Positions 1 to 17,119 are shown, counted from the first letter of the stretch. The stretch is 64,000 bases of DNA from the human T2T-CHM13v2.0 reference genome, Homo sapiens (GCF_009914755.1 NC_060927.1); one strand, 5' to 3'. Notes: a model not told the origin generated them from the letters alone. Translations and numbers: made by a program.

Positions 1-894
1 AAAAATCTCCATAATTTTTTCAATATGGTAGTATGACATGATTTTAGTAGTAGCCAAAGAAATAATCAATATTTAAAGATGTTTGTGACATGGAGAGCAA
101 ATGGGGGAAATGACCTATACTTGAATCAATTGGCAAGAGCTTGAAATACATTTTAAAATGGGGATTTCAAATCACCATCAAAGTATTTCTCTTAATTACT
201 CATTTCCCTTGGAATTTACTGGAAGCATTTTCTACCTATGCTTATATTATCAATGACAAATGATACATTTAGTTCTGGGGAGCTACGATAAGGACTCACC
301 CTTTGCATATCTATGTGTATATGTATTTATTTATATATAGATACATGTATACATAACATTTATATACATATACAAATATGTGTGCATTTTTCTTATCCTA
401 CCCTCTTCTGAATAAACTGTGAGGACAAATTGTCCTGGAGAGTCCTGGTACTAGAATAATATATTCATGAAGTGCAACAGTCATAATTTTATTCAAGTTT
501 TGTTGTCTTTTCTCCCCCTGGGAAACTTCTGGAGGAATTAGATGTGTAAACCCAGAATACTGAGAAATTGCTAGTCAGAAAAAAATGGTTCTAATGAAAC
601 TGCCCTACTGATGAACTCTAACTTTCTCTATAGCTTCCTTAATAAAAACAACAGAGCAGCATTAATGTATTGCCTTTGCAGTTTCTTCACAAATTAAAAT
701 CCCTCTTTTTTTTTCTATCCAGAAGATCTGAAACTTCTATAAGCCCAGCATCTAAATCAGTTTTTGACTGAAATGAGTACAGGCAAGCTCTGAGGCAGCT
801 CTATCCAGGGCTATGACAAGAATGAAGTGAACACATTTTACCCTACATGGAAATGTCCATTCCAACAAGTGCTAATTTGACAATGGTAATGATT

Positions 895-1328
895 ACTATG
901 GGTTGAATTGGATTATCCCAAAAGATATGTTAAAGTCCTAACCCCTGGTTCCTGTAAATGTGATTGTATTTGGAAATAGGATGGATGCAGATATCATTAG
1001 TTAACATACTGGAGTAGGGTGGATCTTTAATTAAATAAAACTGATGTCTTTGTAAGAAGAGAAGAGACACAGACACAGAGGGAAGATGACCATGTGAAGA
1101 TGGAGGCAGAGATTGAAATTATGCTGCCACAAGCCAAGGAACTCTTGGGGCTACCAGAAGCTGGACGAGGGCAAGGGAGAATTGCCTGTAGAGCTTCGAA
1201 GGGGACATAGCTCTTCTATCAGCTTGATTTCAGAATTCCTGCCTCCAGAACTGCGAGACAAAAAAGCTCTGTTGTTTTAAGCCACCTAGTTTGTGTTACT
1301 TTGTTATGGCAGCCCTTGGAAATTAACA
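895..1328 (+). mobile_element. MaLR LTR, MLT1B/C-like solo LTR
   Basis: Starts ctatgggttgaattg...tatttggaaatagg and ends ttaagccacctagtttgtgttactttgttatggcagccc..ggaaattaaca, typical of MLT1. Confidence 0.85.
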
Positions 1329-2411
1329 ATGATTATAATAGTAATATGAATAATAGCAACAGCATCTCATTTACTGTTTTCTATGTGTTAATAACAATTC
1401 CAAGTGCTTTACACATATTATGGGCTTTAGGGTCTCATTTTACAGATAAGGAAGCAAGTAGAGAAAGCAAAAGAAAGACATTGAAACGTGCAATGGGGAA
1501 ATTTGTTTCCATACAAATAAAACAAACCATCTGAGGAGCCTTCAAGAGTAGGCATCTTTCCATCACCAGCTTCCTGTTGGATGGGGTATCAGGAGACATG
1601 GCCTCTGGCCTTGATTTTGCCACACACTACCCTGTACTGTTTCTTGGAGATTGGATGATCTCAGAGGCGTCTCCCAGCCCTAAAACTCTAAGATTCCATT
1701 GAAAACTTGTAATTCAAGCAATCAAATAGTGAATGGTGACTTGCTAGGGACTGAGAGATGCCCTGAAGTCAGTGTGAGACACTTCCATGGGGCTGGTTGT
1801 GCAAATTCTCATGACACAGGGCTCTGGTCTTCCTTTTGGGCCCATAGGCACGTGCCCAGATGTGGCCCCAGGGCCTGAGGGATCAACAGGATGCCATGGT
1901 GCTGGGGACCCTGCACTGTCCAGTGTAGATGGTTTTCCCTTCTTCACCATACAGAGCCCTTGGTGAGCAGCTTCTCAACTTGCTGGGGGAGGGTCTGTGT
2001 GAGCTTGGGGCAGTGATCTTTCCTAGGGAGGTAGCAAGCTCACGATGCCAAATGGTAGGACCCATTTGATCTCCCAGCCAAACTGCAGTACCAGGTGAAT
2101 AATTATAAAATGCAGAAAATGTGAGAAAACCTCAAAATCACCGCCACTGGCTGTGCTGCAATGCCAGGCCCTTGATGTGGGATCACATACCTGTGAATGC
2201 CTCCTTCCATTCATTCACCAGTGGCTCAACTTGCTGAAGCTTCAGAAGCTCTAACCCCATATGCTTTGTACCCTGGCCCTGTACAGAGTACATGAAACTA
2301 GCCCAGTAAGAAGTATCTTGGAGTATAAATCAAACACATATAGGTAGACTTCTGGGGCAAAACTTGCTTATTGAATTCAACCTTATCTATTGATAGTTGA
2401 GAAGGTAGTTT

Positions 2412-2532
2412 ATTTTTTGAAATTAAAATTTTTATGGGGACATAGTAGGTTTATGTATTTATAGGGTATATGAGGTATTTTGATACAGGCATCTAATGTG
2501 TAATAATCACATTGGTTATTGGATGGTTAATG
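2412..2532 (-). mobile_element. L1 (L1PB/L1MA-like) 3' end fragment
   Basis: catagtaggtttatgtatttatagggtatatgaggtattttgatacaggcat..tgtaataatcacat is the reverse complement of an L1 3' terminus. Confidence 0.7.
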
Positions 2533-2665
2533 GCTACTTGGGAGGGTGAGGCATGAGAATTGCTTGAACCCAGGAGGTGTGCAATGAGCTGAGATAGTGC
2601 CACTGCACCCCAGCCTGGGCAACATAGCAAGACTCTGTCTCAAAAATAAATAAATAAATAATAAA
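2533..2665 (+). mobile_element. Alu right-arm fragment with (TAAA)n tail
   Basis: gctacttgggagg..gagaattgcttgaacccaggagg...gactctgtctcaaaaataaa. Confidence 0.9.
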
Positions 2666-2679
2666 TGGCTCACTCATAA

Positions 2680-2779
2680 CACTCTTAAAGAAATTTTATC
2701 CCCCTCCTTATTTTACAGAGGTAGAAAATGAGATCCAGAGAAATAACTTCCTAAGATCTGAGGGCTAATAAGTGGCAAA
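2680..2779. mobile_element. MIR fragment
   Basis: attttacagaggtagaaaatgagatccagagaaataacttcctaagat...aataagtggcaaag matches the MIR core. Confidence 0.65.
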
Positions 2780-2954
2780 GCATGTGCCACCATGCCCGAC
2801 TAATTTTTGTATTTTTAGTAGAGATGGGGTTTTTAGTAGAGACGAGTTTTCACCATGTTGGTCAGGCTAGTCTTGAACTCCTGACCTCAAGTGATCCGCC
2901 TCCCTTGGCTTCCCAAAGTGCTAGGATTACAGGCATAAGCCACCGCACCTGGCC
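2780..2954 (-). mobile_element. AluS left-arm fragment
   Basis: Reverse complement of the first ~150 nt of Alu; has a small internal duplication of ttttagtagaga. Confidence 0.9.
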
Positions 2955-3675
<721 letters not shown>

Positions 3676-3700
3676 ATATAAACCACTTAAATAGTTCCTG

Positions 3701-4090
3701 GATGAATTAATGGCATTCACAGCAACCTGGATGGAGTTGGAGTCCATTATTCTAAATGTAGTAACTCAGGAATGGACAAGCAAATATCGTCTGTTCTCAC
3801 TTATAAATGGGAGCTAAGCTATGAGGATGCAAAGGCATAAGAATGATGCATTAAGAACGGACTTTGGGGACTCAAGTGGAAGGATGCGGGGGTGAGGGAC
3901 AAAAGACTACACATTGGGTACAGTGTACACTGCTCGGGGACAAGTGCACCAAAATCTCAGACAGAAATCACCACTAGAGAACTTACCCATGTAACCAAAA
4001 ACCGACTGTTCCCCAAAAACGATTGAAATAAATTAAAATTTAAAAAAATACATGAAAAAAATAAAATGTGTGAAAAATAATAAAATAAAA
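3701..4090 (+). mobile_element. L1PB-like 3' end, 5'-truncated
   Basis: gggagctaagctatgaggatgcaaaggcataagaatgat motif, A-rich tail, TSD taaatagttcct on both sides. Confidence 0.9.
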
Positions 4091-5254
4091 TAAATAGTTC
4101 CTTGTACTACATGAGCAGTGTATAATTGAACTGTGTATACAATGTACATGTGTATACAATGTGTATACAATGAACCGCTCGTAAGTGGAGGTAACAAAGC
4201 ACTTATATTTGGTCTTTCAGGTACAAATCCCATATTTAGGCCTAAAGAAGCTTCAGGAGGTTTCCTGATACTCTGCTTCATATATCTCCTTGATCTAGCT
4301 TTTCTCCTATCTTTTATTGTTAATTTAGTTCAGCTTAGTTTTTAAATAGAAAAGTGATTCATGTTCACTAAAGAAAACGGTAATTTTTCAGAAAGAATAG
4401 AAACCTCCTTTAATTGCTTACGACTCAGAGGCAACCGCTTTACCATGTTTCCTTCTAATCTCTTTTAATACTTTTCTTATGCAATTGGCTGCATTTTCTT
4501 CACACATACAATGTTGTATCTGTTGTTAGTTAACATGCTGAGTGTTTTTGATGCCATTCAAATACTTCATAAGCATAACTTTTCATATCCACATAATATT
4601 CCGTCTTACAGATATGTGACTTATGTTTAGCTTCTGTCTATTGTCGTTCATTTACCATGTATATTTTCACTTCCAAACTGCCTTCTTTTATGCCTGAATA
4701 TCTTGAAAATTGATTTTTTTCCTCACGTTTCCTCCTCCTTTTTTGCTCACTGACGTCTTTCTGATTTTCTCCCTCTCTTTATCCTGCTTCTCCCAGTCTC
4801 ACCTTTATAAATTTACATTTATAACATGTTTTCCTAACATGAGTTTTGCATTTAAAAAGTGTTTTCTCACATTCATCACCTTATTTGGTGTCCACAATAA
4901 CCCTCTGGAATAAGCAGGGGAAGTAGAAACTAAAATTCAGAGAAGTGATTTTCCCAAAGGCACTTAACCCAGATGACTCTTAATTCACTGTCTATACCAG
5001 ACCACTCTATATGATGGTTCTTTTGGACATGTTTTTATTTTTATTCTTTATTTTTTGGACACATGTTCTTAAAAGCTACACAAGATTCATATAGGTTTAA
5101 AAAATAGCTTTTCATTGTTCATGTTTATAACATAGTTGATACATCTGGCATATAATAATCCTTATAGGTTCTACCAAAAGTTTAAAACATAAGGAATAAT
5201 GAACTAATGGGCACCATCAAGCTCTGGCAAGGATCTCACAGGGGCATAAAATAG

Positions 5255-5653
<399 letters not shown>

Positions 5654-6139
5654 CACCCTTTTTTTTTAAAGATAAACAAAATACTAATTTGCTAATGAGT
5701 ATATTGGAGATTGTCTCCTGTGACCTCAGTCATTAAATTCTCTCCCTGAAGGGGACTAATACTCCTCACAACCACCCCATTAGCCCTGTCTTCCCATGTT
5801 TAAAAATCAGCTTTGTTCAATTATGAGGTCAGGTTTCCCCTTTGTGCAGGTCTTCCTGAAACCAGCGGGCTTCCTGAGGAATGTGAAGAGAACCAGGTCA
5901 CCTGGGATTTCTTCCTTCCTCAGAAGGTCTCCCCAAGTCAACATCGCCTCTGAATTTTCTATTTCCTTTTGGCAAATAAAAGAAAAAGTAAGTAAAACAT
6001 CTTAGTCTATGCATGACCAAAGGTTAAACCTTTATTGCTTCATTTTGATTGTATCAGCTTTTCAGGACAATGTTTTCAAGGCCAGAGCTTATTTTAATAG
6101 CTGTAATAATACCAGTATTTTCTGATAATAATGGCAAAC

Positions 6140-6505
6140 ACTTTTTTTGGCAAGCACTTTTAGTGTTTGTTGTGGTTGTGTGCCAGGCATGGTTCTCAGC
6201 AGTTTTCACTAATTCATTTCATCTTCACAACAACCCTATAAGGTAAATTTTATTATCGCCCTTTCTACAGATTGGCAAATGAGGCACAAGTGGTTTGGCT
6301 TGCCCCTAAACTACATAGACAGCAAAAGACTGAGGGAGAATTTGGGGAAGACAGTCTTGCTCCAGTTCATGCTCTTATTCACGGCACTGTGCTGACCTCT
6401 CAGTCACCACGCTATTTACTTTACATACATTGTCTTATTTAATCTTCACACAGTGTATGTTTTATTATTTATCTCTATTTTACAGGTGAGGAATGAAGCT
6501 CAGTG
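6140..6505. mobile_element. MIR fragments
   Basis: tgtgccaggcatggttct...catcttcacaacaaccctataaggta; attttacaggtgaggaatgaagctcag. Confidence 0.7.
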
Positions 6506-9159
6506 GTGTTTAGCAGTTTGGCCAGATTCCACTCTGGCAAGCTCAGTGAGACAGAACCAATTTCCCTTTCTGTTTCTTTTAGTAGATAAAGCCATTGACC
6601 CAGCGATGAGGCAACTCAGAAAATGCTCAGAATACCAATCATAGGATCTCCCTAAAAATCAAGTGATGTGGTCAAGAAACAAAGCCTAAATAGAGCTTCT
6701 CTGCCACTCTGCTATGTGCTGCTGCATTTCTCCATAGAAATGTAACTTTCACCACCACCACACAAAGCTGAACCAGTTACCAGGGAGCTGGGAAGCAAGA
6801 CAGATAGCAGGGAGACAGGGGAACACTTTAGGGTTAGGCCATTATTTTCAGATCAGGTAGAAGAGTAGAGATGGTTAGACACACTCAGAGATTCTTTGAC
6901 TCTGACTTCAGGCAGGAAGTAAAATCCAGTCTAATCAGTTAATAAAAGGCATTCATCAAAGAGATTCAACCTCACACTGTTACTTCAACAGGCATCTTGC
7001 CCTTGTGGAAAAACAGGCTTAATTTCCAAATCATTTTAAGCTTGAATATTGGTGCAATGGGGAGCTTAATTTGGGAGGTAATGAGACCACCAAAGGAAAT
7101 TAGAATGATTAACTGGGGCACAGTGAAAGCATGGAGCTGTTGGTAAAGGAAAATTGTATTTGTAGAGCTATGTGGTGGGGGGCAAGAGGCACAGATGAAG
7201 AGAACAAAGAGGGAGGAACGACTCCTGAGACTGGTAGCAGGAGAACAGAAGGCTCTTAGGAACAGAGGAAATTTTTTAAAAATACAACTTTATGAAATGG
7301 GATTGCAGAGTATTATTCAGTTAGCATCAGGTAGGGTTTCATGTGGCAACAACCACAGCTGGCAACACATTCTTTCAGAAGCACAGACCCTCTGGTGGTT
7401 TTATTGCACTCTAAGGGGTGTTGTTGAAAATAACAAGTTAGATTTCTTCATGAGGTCATTGGCACTGCATATACCTGGGCATGCATTATGGTTCTATCCA
7501 TCCTAACTCGGCAAGCAGTGGGTTTGGAATTCAGTCCTATAACTTCCTTTCTGTAAGATTTCCTTCTAAGGTATCCTGCAGGAACGATTACTGGCAAGAA
7601 ATATTGACCCTTTAATGTGTCAGAACTGAATCAGGCCCCATTCTTTACACAGGGTTAATCACCCAGTTCTCATGCTCTGCCCCAGAGAACTGAGGCTGCC
7701 ACAGTGTCCATGCCAGGCTGCTCACTGGACACAGAATGAAAGACAGTGCATTACAAAACTTTCAGGTAAACGTACATCCTTGGACTTCTATGAAGAAACA
7801 ACAGAATAACAGGAATAACATTTTTCCAGTGGCATACAGATTGTACTCTGAGGACTCTGAAACCTGATATAAAGTCCATACTGGAGAAAAAAACATGGTA
7901 GTATTTGTAGGATGGGCCCTTGTTGCTATTTCACCTGGCCCATTTGTTTCCAGTCTGAAAGGGGTCTGGTAGGCTGTTTGGCAAATGGAATTGAATGATG
8001 ATCACAGAATGAGAAATCCAAAAATCTGATTTGAATCCTCTGAAAAGTGCACTAGCCACTCAAGCTTCATGGTTTAAGATTTTGATTTTTAGAAACATAT
8101 AGTGCGTCCAGAGGCACAAGCCAGAAAGCCAAGTGTCATGGACTCCTAGGACTCAAAGAAGTCCTTTGTGTTCATCCTTAAATTTGAATGTGGCTTTCAA
8201 GGTAACCGAGAAGATAGTTTCATTCATTTCACAAACTTTTAACTGAGAAACTTTTAATAACATTTATTAAACTTTTAATAACTTTTAAATTGAGAAATTC
8301 TTGTTTACATAGCATCTAAAATGCTAACTAGCTCTTCTTTTCTGACCTTGTTTCATTCTCCTTTTCCTTTCTCCTGTTTTTCATGTTTTCTTTTTCATTT
8401 TCTACTTTTCTTGACTACATTTAACATCTTTATATTTGTCAATGTTTAGAATAATCACCCTTAATATTTTGGTATTTCCCTATGTACACATATCCCAAAG
8501 GATCAGAATATTTATGACTTTATTCATTTTTGGCCCAACCCTGTATCCTGCAAATTTCAAAAACAGCTTTACACTGTTGATCCCTGTTCAAATCACAACT
8601 GTTTTCTATTATCCTCTTACTTCATAGATTGCGTATTGGAGGGCTGTCTTAGGTCTAATACCAGGCATTTACTCCAGTTTCAATCAATCTTTTTTTCTAA
8701 TTGTTTTATGGTCACCCGTTCCAAATTGTGAGGTACCTGGTTGATTCATACTGGCATTGACACACTCAGGACAGAAACTTTCCATTCAGTGATTTAAATT
8801 ATTGGTTTTTTTTAAAAAGGATACCAGAACTCAGTACTTTCTCCAAATGACACTCAACATGCCCCTTGATGCATAAACAGATCTCAAGATTATTACATTT
8901 ACACAATGTAGTCAGCCTGTGAAGTATCATAATACAGGTAAAATAAAAATTAAAAAGCAGGCTAAGGGAACATAAAGGAAGAAAGAATTGCATCAAAGAC
9001 AGGTTCACACATGAGTTGTGCCTTAAGGAAGACATGGAAAAAGGTAAGAATCCTATATCTTTGGATTTATTGTAAAATTTAGCTCTCATGTCATTGTACT
9101 CTAATGAAACAGGAAATAAGATAGTATTCTCCTCTCAACTGCTTTTGTGTTTCAGCAGT

Positions 9160-9400
9160 AATAACAATAGCTACTATTTATTAAGAACTTACTATATGCC
9201 ATGCATTGTGCCAGCTGCCTTACATATATTAACTTACTTATGAATTACAATAGACTTAGATGGTAAGCAGTTTTATTTCCATTTTATGAATAAGATAATC
9301 AGGCTAAACCACTTGCTCAAAGTTACACAGTTAATAAGTGGTCAGGCCAGGATCTAACCTCAGGTATACCTGACTCCAAAGCCCATGTCTTTAACCACCA
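9160..9400. mobile_element. MIR
   Basis: ataacaatagctactatttattaagaacttactatatgcc...acttgctcaaagttacacagttaataagtgg. Confidence 0.8.
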
Positions 9401-9914
9401 GGCTTTTAACACCTGTGTTTTGTGGCTGGTAATATCGTGTCTCATGATTAGCAAACATAACCTTAACTTGCTTCACATGGGTCTTCCCAAAGGCAAATGA
9501 ACCTGACTCAAGCAGATGTCCTTTGTATTCCAACAATTCAGCAGGCATCCTACTGTAGCCTGCCCAAGGTGTCAGCTTCCTGAAGCCCAGTACAAGCCCA
9601 CCATGTAGAGTCACATCATTTGATAATTTCCCACCAGCACAGCCCTTGCCCCTTAGTCATCAAAGGCACAGACCCCACCTGCTTTATTCCCCTCCTGCCC
9701 AGAGTCCCACTTGGGGCTGCAAAGCTCCTCAGAGATTTTCTCTGCCTTTTCATTGCCACTGATGGGCCTTGGGAAGTCCCTTCCAACCCTGTTGACAAGA
9801 GCCTTAGAAAAGGGAACACACATTTGCTAAGTGTTTTCCATACACCAGGAACCTTACTAGACATTTTGTTTAGGCAATATTATTTAATAACAATTTATTA
9901 GTAATTATAATGAC

Positions 9915-10090
9915 ATAATGCAGGTAGAAGTACAGGCTTCAGAGTCAGATGTGGGTTTAAATCTAGACTTTAAATAATCTGAATCTCATCTGAAAAATGA
10001 GGATAATGGGGTTGTCGTGGGTGAGGACTTAATGAGATAGTGTACGAAAGCCCTCAGCAAGTGCCTAGGCCATAACAGGTACTCAATAAC
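9915..10090. mobile_element. MIR
   Basis: acaggcttcagagtcagatgtgggtttaaatc...ctcatctgaaaaatgaggataat...gtgcctaggccataacaggtactcaataa. Confidence 0.75.
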
Positions 10091-10822
10091 TCTTGAAAAT
10101 TAAGGATTAAAGAGTCAGAGTTAAAACTGAGATTAAAAAGTCTTTCAGAACCCAAATCTCGTACATTGTAAAGGATTGTAAAGGAAATCTCAATTCTACC
10201 TGTGGCTTTTTTTTGGTCTAGACAAGATTATAAATTGTATAAGTTTGCTTTGCAGTTTGGGCCTCTATATAGAAAATAATTGTAATGAACCTTCACTGGT
10301 TCCTATTTACAGAAATTAGACACTCCATTCCCCCACCCAGATTTTAAAATGATTTTCATGTGGGATGTCACCCCATGTGATCTCATGCTGGCCAGATGAA
10401 AGACAGCAGGTGTAGGCCCTGGTGAACCAACCTGGTTAGGGATGCAGCCTAGACACTGGGACTTTAAAATCTCTCTCCTCTAATGATTCTAATAATAAGC
10501 AGCCCAGTTTGAGACCTCTGATGTAGGGAGGGCACAGAGCATAACTCTGATGTTTGTTAGCTGTGTGGCCTTGGAAAGTCATAGCACCTCTCTGAGCCTT
10601 TGTTCTTTTATCTATGAATTGATATCATAACCACCCTGCAGCACTGCTGCAAGATTAGAGATAATACGTGTTTTAAAATGTCAAATAGCAGTTTCAATAT
10701 ATAATTGCTACTTTAAAAGTTTTATTGAGATGCAGTTTTCATACAAAAAGTCACCTGTTTTAAATATACAATTTGATGAGTTTTGACAAGCATAGTCTTA
10801 TAATTACCCCTCAATTGAGATA

Positions 10823-12195
<1,373 letters not shown>

Positions 12196-12519
12196 TATTG
12201 AACTTTTCCAATGCCCCGAATAGCTCCCTGCTGCCTGTTTACAGTTGGTCCCTTGCCTCACCCCCAGGCCCTGGCAAACACTGATCTGCATTCCATTACT
12301 ATAGTTTTGCCTTTTCTAGAATCCCTTACACGTAAAGTATGATGTCTTTTGAGTCTGGCTTCTTTCATTTAGCATGACACTCTTCAGATTCATTCATTTT
12401 GGACATACTTGACGGCTATTTTTCTTTCTTTTCTTTTACATCACTATACTTATCTCTCATCTTAAATACAAAATACAATAAAACAACAAACAAACTTCCT
12501 TTGATTATACACAGCCTCC

Positions 12520-13450
12520 CTCCAGCCCAGCCACTCCTGTCTCCCCTTCCTAGGCAAACTTTTTAAAATAGTCATCCCTTCACTCTCTCCTCCCCTCTTT
12601 CTTCAACCCACTGCATTTTGGTTTCAGTCCCCGCCACACCTCTAAAACTACCCTTAACAAGATCACAAACAACTCCCTTTTGGCTGTATTCAATGGGCAC
12701 TTCACCTTTTCCTTTTCTTACCCCTTTGGCCACACTTGTCACCATTAAGCACTCCTCCTTTAAGTCTCCTGACTCTCTTCCTCCCTCTCTGGCATCTCCT
12801 TCTCAGCCCCCCTTGCAAGGTTCCTTTCCTTTCTCATGAGTGCTCCTTGAAGGGTAGTCTAGGACTTCTGCTGTGCTCACTCTGCAGCTCTTCCCCGGAC
12901 AACCTCAACTATCCTCGTGGTTTTCTCCAGCTCTGATGTCTTTCCTGAATTCCAGGCAAGTGTATAATACTATCTAATAGAATCTGTATTTGAATATGTC
13001 AAAGATACCTCAGAATCATATAGTCAAATCAAACTCATCATTTCAATATCTGCCACCCAGACAAAATTACAGTCCCTCCACCTGTGTTTCCAAGTTTAGT
13101 GAATGGTCTCAGTATCATCTCGTTTGTCCAAACTAAAAACCTAGATTTCTCTCTTTCCCTTACTCCCAATCCCCCATAGTCAGTAAATCACCTAGACTAG
13201 TCAATGCTCCCTCCAAAATCTCAGGAATCGATATACTTCTCCCCATTTCCGTTCACACTACCCCCACTCTAGCCACCATTATATCTCCCATTGACTACTT
13301 TGCCATAATCTACTTTCAACACCGAGTGATTTGCTAAGGCACACATCTGATCTTTCACTTCCTGTTTAAAATTATTTAGTACGTCCTCTCCCAAGCTCCT
13401 CAGCAAGAAAGGCCTTCCATGCCTAGGCTCCTATCACATTCCCTGGCCCC
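12520..13450 (+). mobile_element. L2 fragment
   Basis: Pyrimidine-rich caacccactgcattttggtttcagtcccc..cac...aagatcacaaacaactcc and caaactaaaaacctag resemble the L2 3' region. Confidence 0.7.
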
Positions 13451-15504
13451 AGCCCACCACCTCAAACTTTACAGAAAATCAATATCTTTGTAAGTCAGCC
13501 ACTTGGGTGAGATCATCTGACCCTCTGTCCACTGGGTCCTAAACAGCAGAAACTAGGAATATAATGAAGAGGGAGGTTCTTGGCCATGTCCCACAGGCTA
13601 GATCTTGGCAGGTGGCTGACCTCCTGTTTGCTTTCTGCTTCAGAGGAAAGGATAAGTCTCAGCCCAGAAGGCAGAAGAGCTGTGTTCAGATGGTGACATA
13701 ACTTTCAAGGAAAGAAAAAGGCAAGACAATGGGAAGAGAAAGGGAACTCAGAGGCCCCATGCTGGAGGTACAGGCCTCAAGTGAATCAACAGGGCCTTCC
13801 TCACTCTCTTCTTTGTACCACCTGACAGCCCCATAACCTGAAGGACCTGATCAAAGGGCTCCTGATGAGGACAAGAATATTACTGATCTGATATTTTCTC
13901 ATAATAATGCCCAGAATCTTTTTAATCAGCCAGCTTTGGTTTAGAGTAGCTATCAGAGAGCCCATGAGACAAACACCACTCCCTTCCCAGCTATCTGAAT
14001 CAAAACAAGGACTTGAGATCTGAACCTGAGCTGGGACCATGGGGTTCAGTTTATCATTGAGTGTTTACTTTCCTGGATTCCTTTCTCCTTCACACTTCAT
14101 ACCCCAATTCCTCTTCTCTGAGCAGAATTATCTCCACTTTGTGGTGGAGGCTCAATTACTGGCAGAATCCCTGCAGAGACAGCAAGATGGTCTTTCCGGT
14201 GTTGAGTTAACCAGGAATAAACACACATTCTTGTCTTCTGCAAATCAGAGGCACCAAAACAATTGTTTTTTAAAGAATTTGGTTGCTATTTCCAAGAAAA
14301 CATTTCAAAAAATTTAATTGTAGGAAAAAATGAGAATTGAATTGTACTTCCTAACACTTGCCTTATAGCTTCATACTGCTTTAATTTTAAATTACATATG
14401 AAGGGACACAAGAGGTATTATAGAGCCTATTCTGCTCTGTGGTACCTATTCCAAGACCAAACTACCTAGGACTTGAAGGAAGTCAGAGCAACAAATGGTG
14501 CTCCTGAGCAAAGGTGATTTCCTTCTGAATGAACTCAGAAGGGACTAGACAGGGCTAGGGTCATCAAGAGGACCTTAGGCATCACCTAACCCATCTCACA
14601 TTTCGCATTAAGTTTCCTTACTTATGATTGGTAAGGTCAGGTGACTTGCTCATGATAATACAGTTAGGCTAATGTCAAAGCCAAGAATTAAAACCTGGTC
14701 AGACTCTGGAATAACATCGTTCCAATAATAGCACATGTGGCTCAGCAACAGTCCAGACTCTCCTTCCTCACCTCTACACACAGATAGCAGACTCATCTCA
14801 TGCTGGAATTTGCAAACTGCTTTTGAATAACCAGTATGCATGATCCTATCATCCTCAGCTTACAGAGCATGGTAGTGTGGTTTCCTTCTCGTTACAGGGT
14901 GTCAGGGTGGAGGGGGGTGGCAGAGGACTTCACCACAGACCACACAGTGAGGCAGGGACTGAGACAACTCCCCAGCTCCCAGCTCCCTGATTTTTCTTTC
15001 TGTTTCTGAGTCAACTGAGCTGGTCAGCCTCCCATGCTGTAAACACCACACAGAGCAGGAAAACAATGAAGCTGCTTATTTAGAAAAGACCTACTTCCCT
15101 GCTGAGTGTCACTACATGTCTCTTTTTATGCACTTGAACAGTCTGTTCCTGCGGTTGACTGCTAGGAAGACAGACAAGAGGATGACTGTGAAATGGCCTA
15201 CTTACAGGGTCTTGGTCCACATATTTATTGACAAAATAAGCCCACCAAAGTCTCAGGTGAGAGCATAAGTGAGCAACAGAGCTGAAATTGACGCCTTGCG
15301 CAAAGGTCCAAATCATTAGGACCATTTAGCCAAGTGTGCCTTTATTAGATCATGCCGTGTGACACATTCAGGAAATAAGCATTATCTCTGCCCCAGAAAA
15401 AAATACCTGCCATCTTCCTGGACAAAATGAAACCTCAAAGTTACAAGGTAGACACGAAGGAGGGAAAAATTCACCTCCCCTTACTCTTCTCCTTAGGTAG
15501 TGCT

Positions 15505-15809
<305 letters not shown>

Positions 15810-15812
15810 AGG

Positions 15813-15945
15813 CAGTGCTTTTTAAACTGTAGTGAGCATGTCTTCAAAATGCAGAGATTTAGGCCTCACTCCCAGAAGGAGGCAGGTCTAGGGGAGGGCA
15901 GGAGGCCTGGGCATGTGCATTTCTAACAAGCACTCTAGGACCATA
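15813..15945. mobile_element. MER5-like hAT MITE fragment
   Basis: cagtgctttttaaact...aaaatgcagagatttaggcctcactcccaga...tgtgcatttctaacaagcactc. Confidence 0.6.
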
Positions 15946-17119
15946 CTGCTCCGTCTCTACTGCTGCCACCAGTTGGCACCTAAAGGGTGCTGCTTATATT
16001 GAGGTGTCTCCCCTTCCAGATAAGGCTGGAACATTTAAGCAAGACTGTGCTAAAGGCCTTGTAATGAAAATTAAAAGTAAATAAGCACAGAATAGCTTAC
16101 AACTAAATAATCTGGTTTACAAGAGGTAGTTTTCCCACCTTTAGTGTGGAGTGCACTGCAGGGAGTCTTCCCAGATGGACTCCAGGCTGTCCATGCAAGA
16201 TGACATTTTTTACCACCCAGGTGGACATGCCCTCATGTATATGGAGACACCTTGAAATCCGGACCCAGCAGAGAAAAGCTTAGGAGGAGGTTAGAATTCC
16301 CTCCCTGGGCTGCCAAGCAGACCACCTTCTGATTTTCACTGTCCTGTCTGTGAAACTACTCATCTCTTTCCTCAGCAACTGATTCTAGAAAAATCTAAAT
16401 TGGTCAGGGAAAAAGATACAATGCCCTAAATGCTCATGGTTTTACCTCATCCAGTACCATATCTGGATAAACCTCAATTCCAGAAACTAAAAATAGGAGG
16501 GAATTTGGGAGGGCTGGTGGTAGCCGGCGTCAGTTCCTCTCAACTCATTCCCAACTAGTCTTGGTGATTTGAGAGGCAGCAGCTTGTGAACTAGGCCAGG
16601 TTCGATACTTCAACTTAGGATGTGTTATTCAACCAGTAATTTTTGGAGCACCCGCTATGCCCTAGATCCCATGCTAGGCATTGTAAGTACCATAAAACAA
16701 TGAACAACACAGACTGCCACCTCTGTCTTCCTGCCTCCCCCAAATCTGCCTCCCTCTGAAAGTGAGGCCTAAATCTCTGCATTTTGAGGACGTGCTCACT
16801 ACAGTTTGAGAAACAGACTCTGCAGAGAAGACAACTAAAGCAAATCTATATTTCATTGGATGGTTAACAGGCCACATCTGGGCCCACAGAGCATGTTAAA
16901 CATCGAGGCATTTCCAATAAAAATATAGATTTCTAATGTCTCTTTAAAAATAAGAAAAGATGGCAAAAGTAGGCTTGTAGTCCCAAATGGCAACACTTGC
17001 CTGGAGCTGAGACAATGACTGTCTATTTAGAAAAGGATGCACTCTACCATTTGCTACTCTCCTCTACTCTGAATTGTCTCATATAGAGTCAGTTTCACCT
17101 GTCTGATTTATCAGTCTTG

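Noticed and set aside
4132-4172. tgtgtatacaatg repeats
   Set aside because: Low-complexity tandem slippage.
7195-7506. 103-aa ORF in unique DNA
   Set aside because: No recognisable domain, and ORFs of this length occur by chance in 64 kb.
7686-7765. Possible 80-nt plus-strand exon (ccccag / ... cag/gtaaac)
   Set aside because: Moderate splice sites, unrecognisable peptide and no supporting neighbouring exons.
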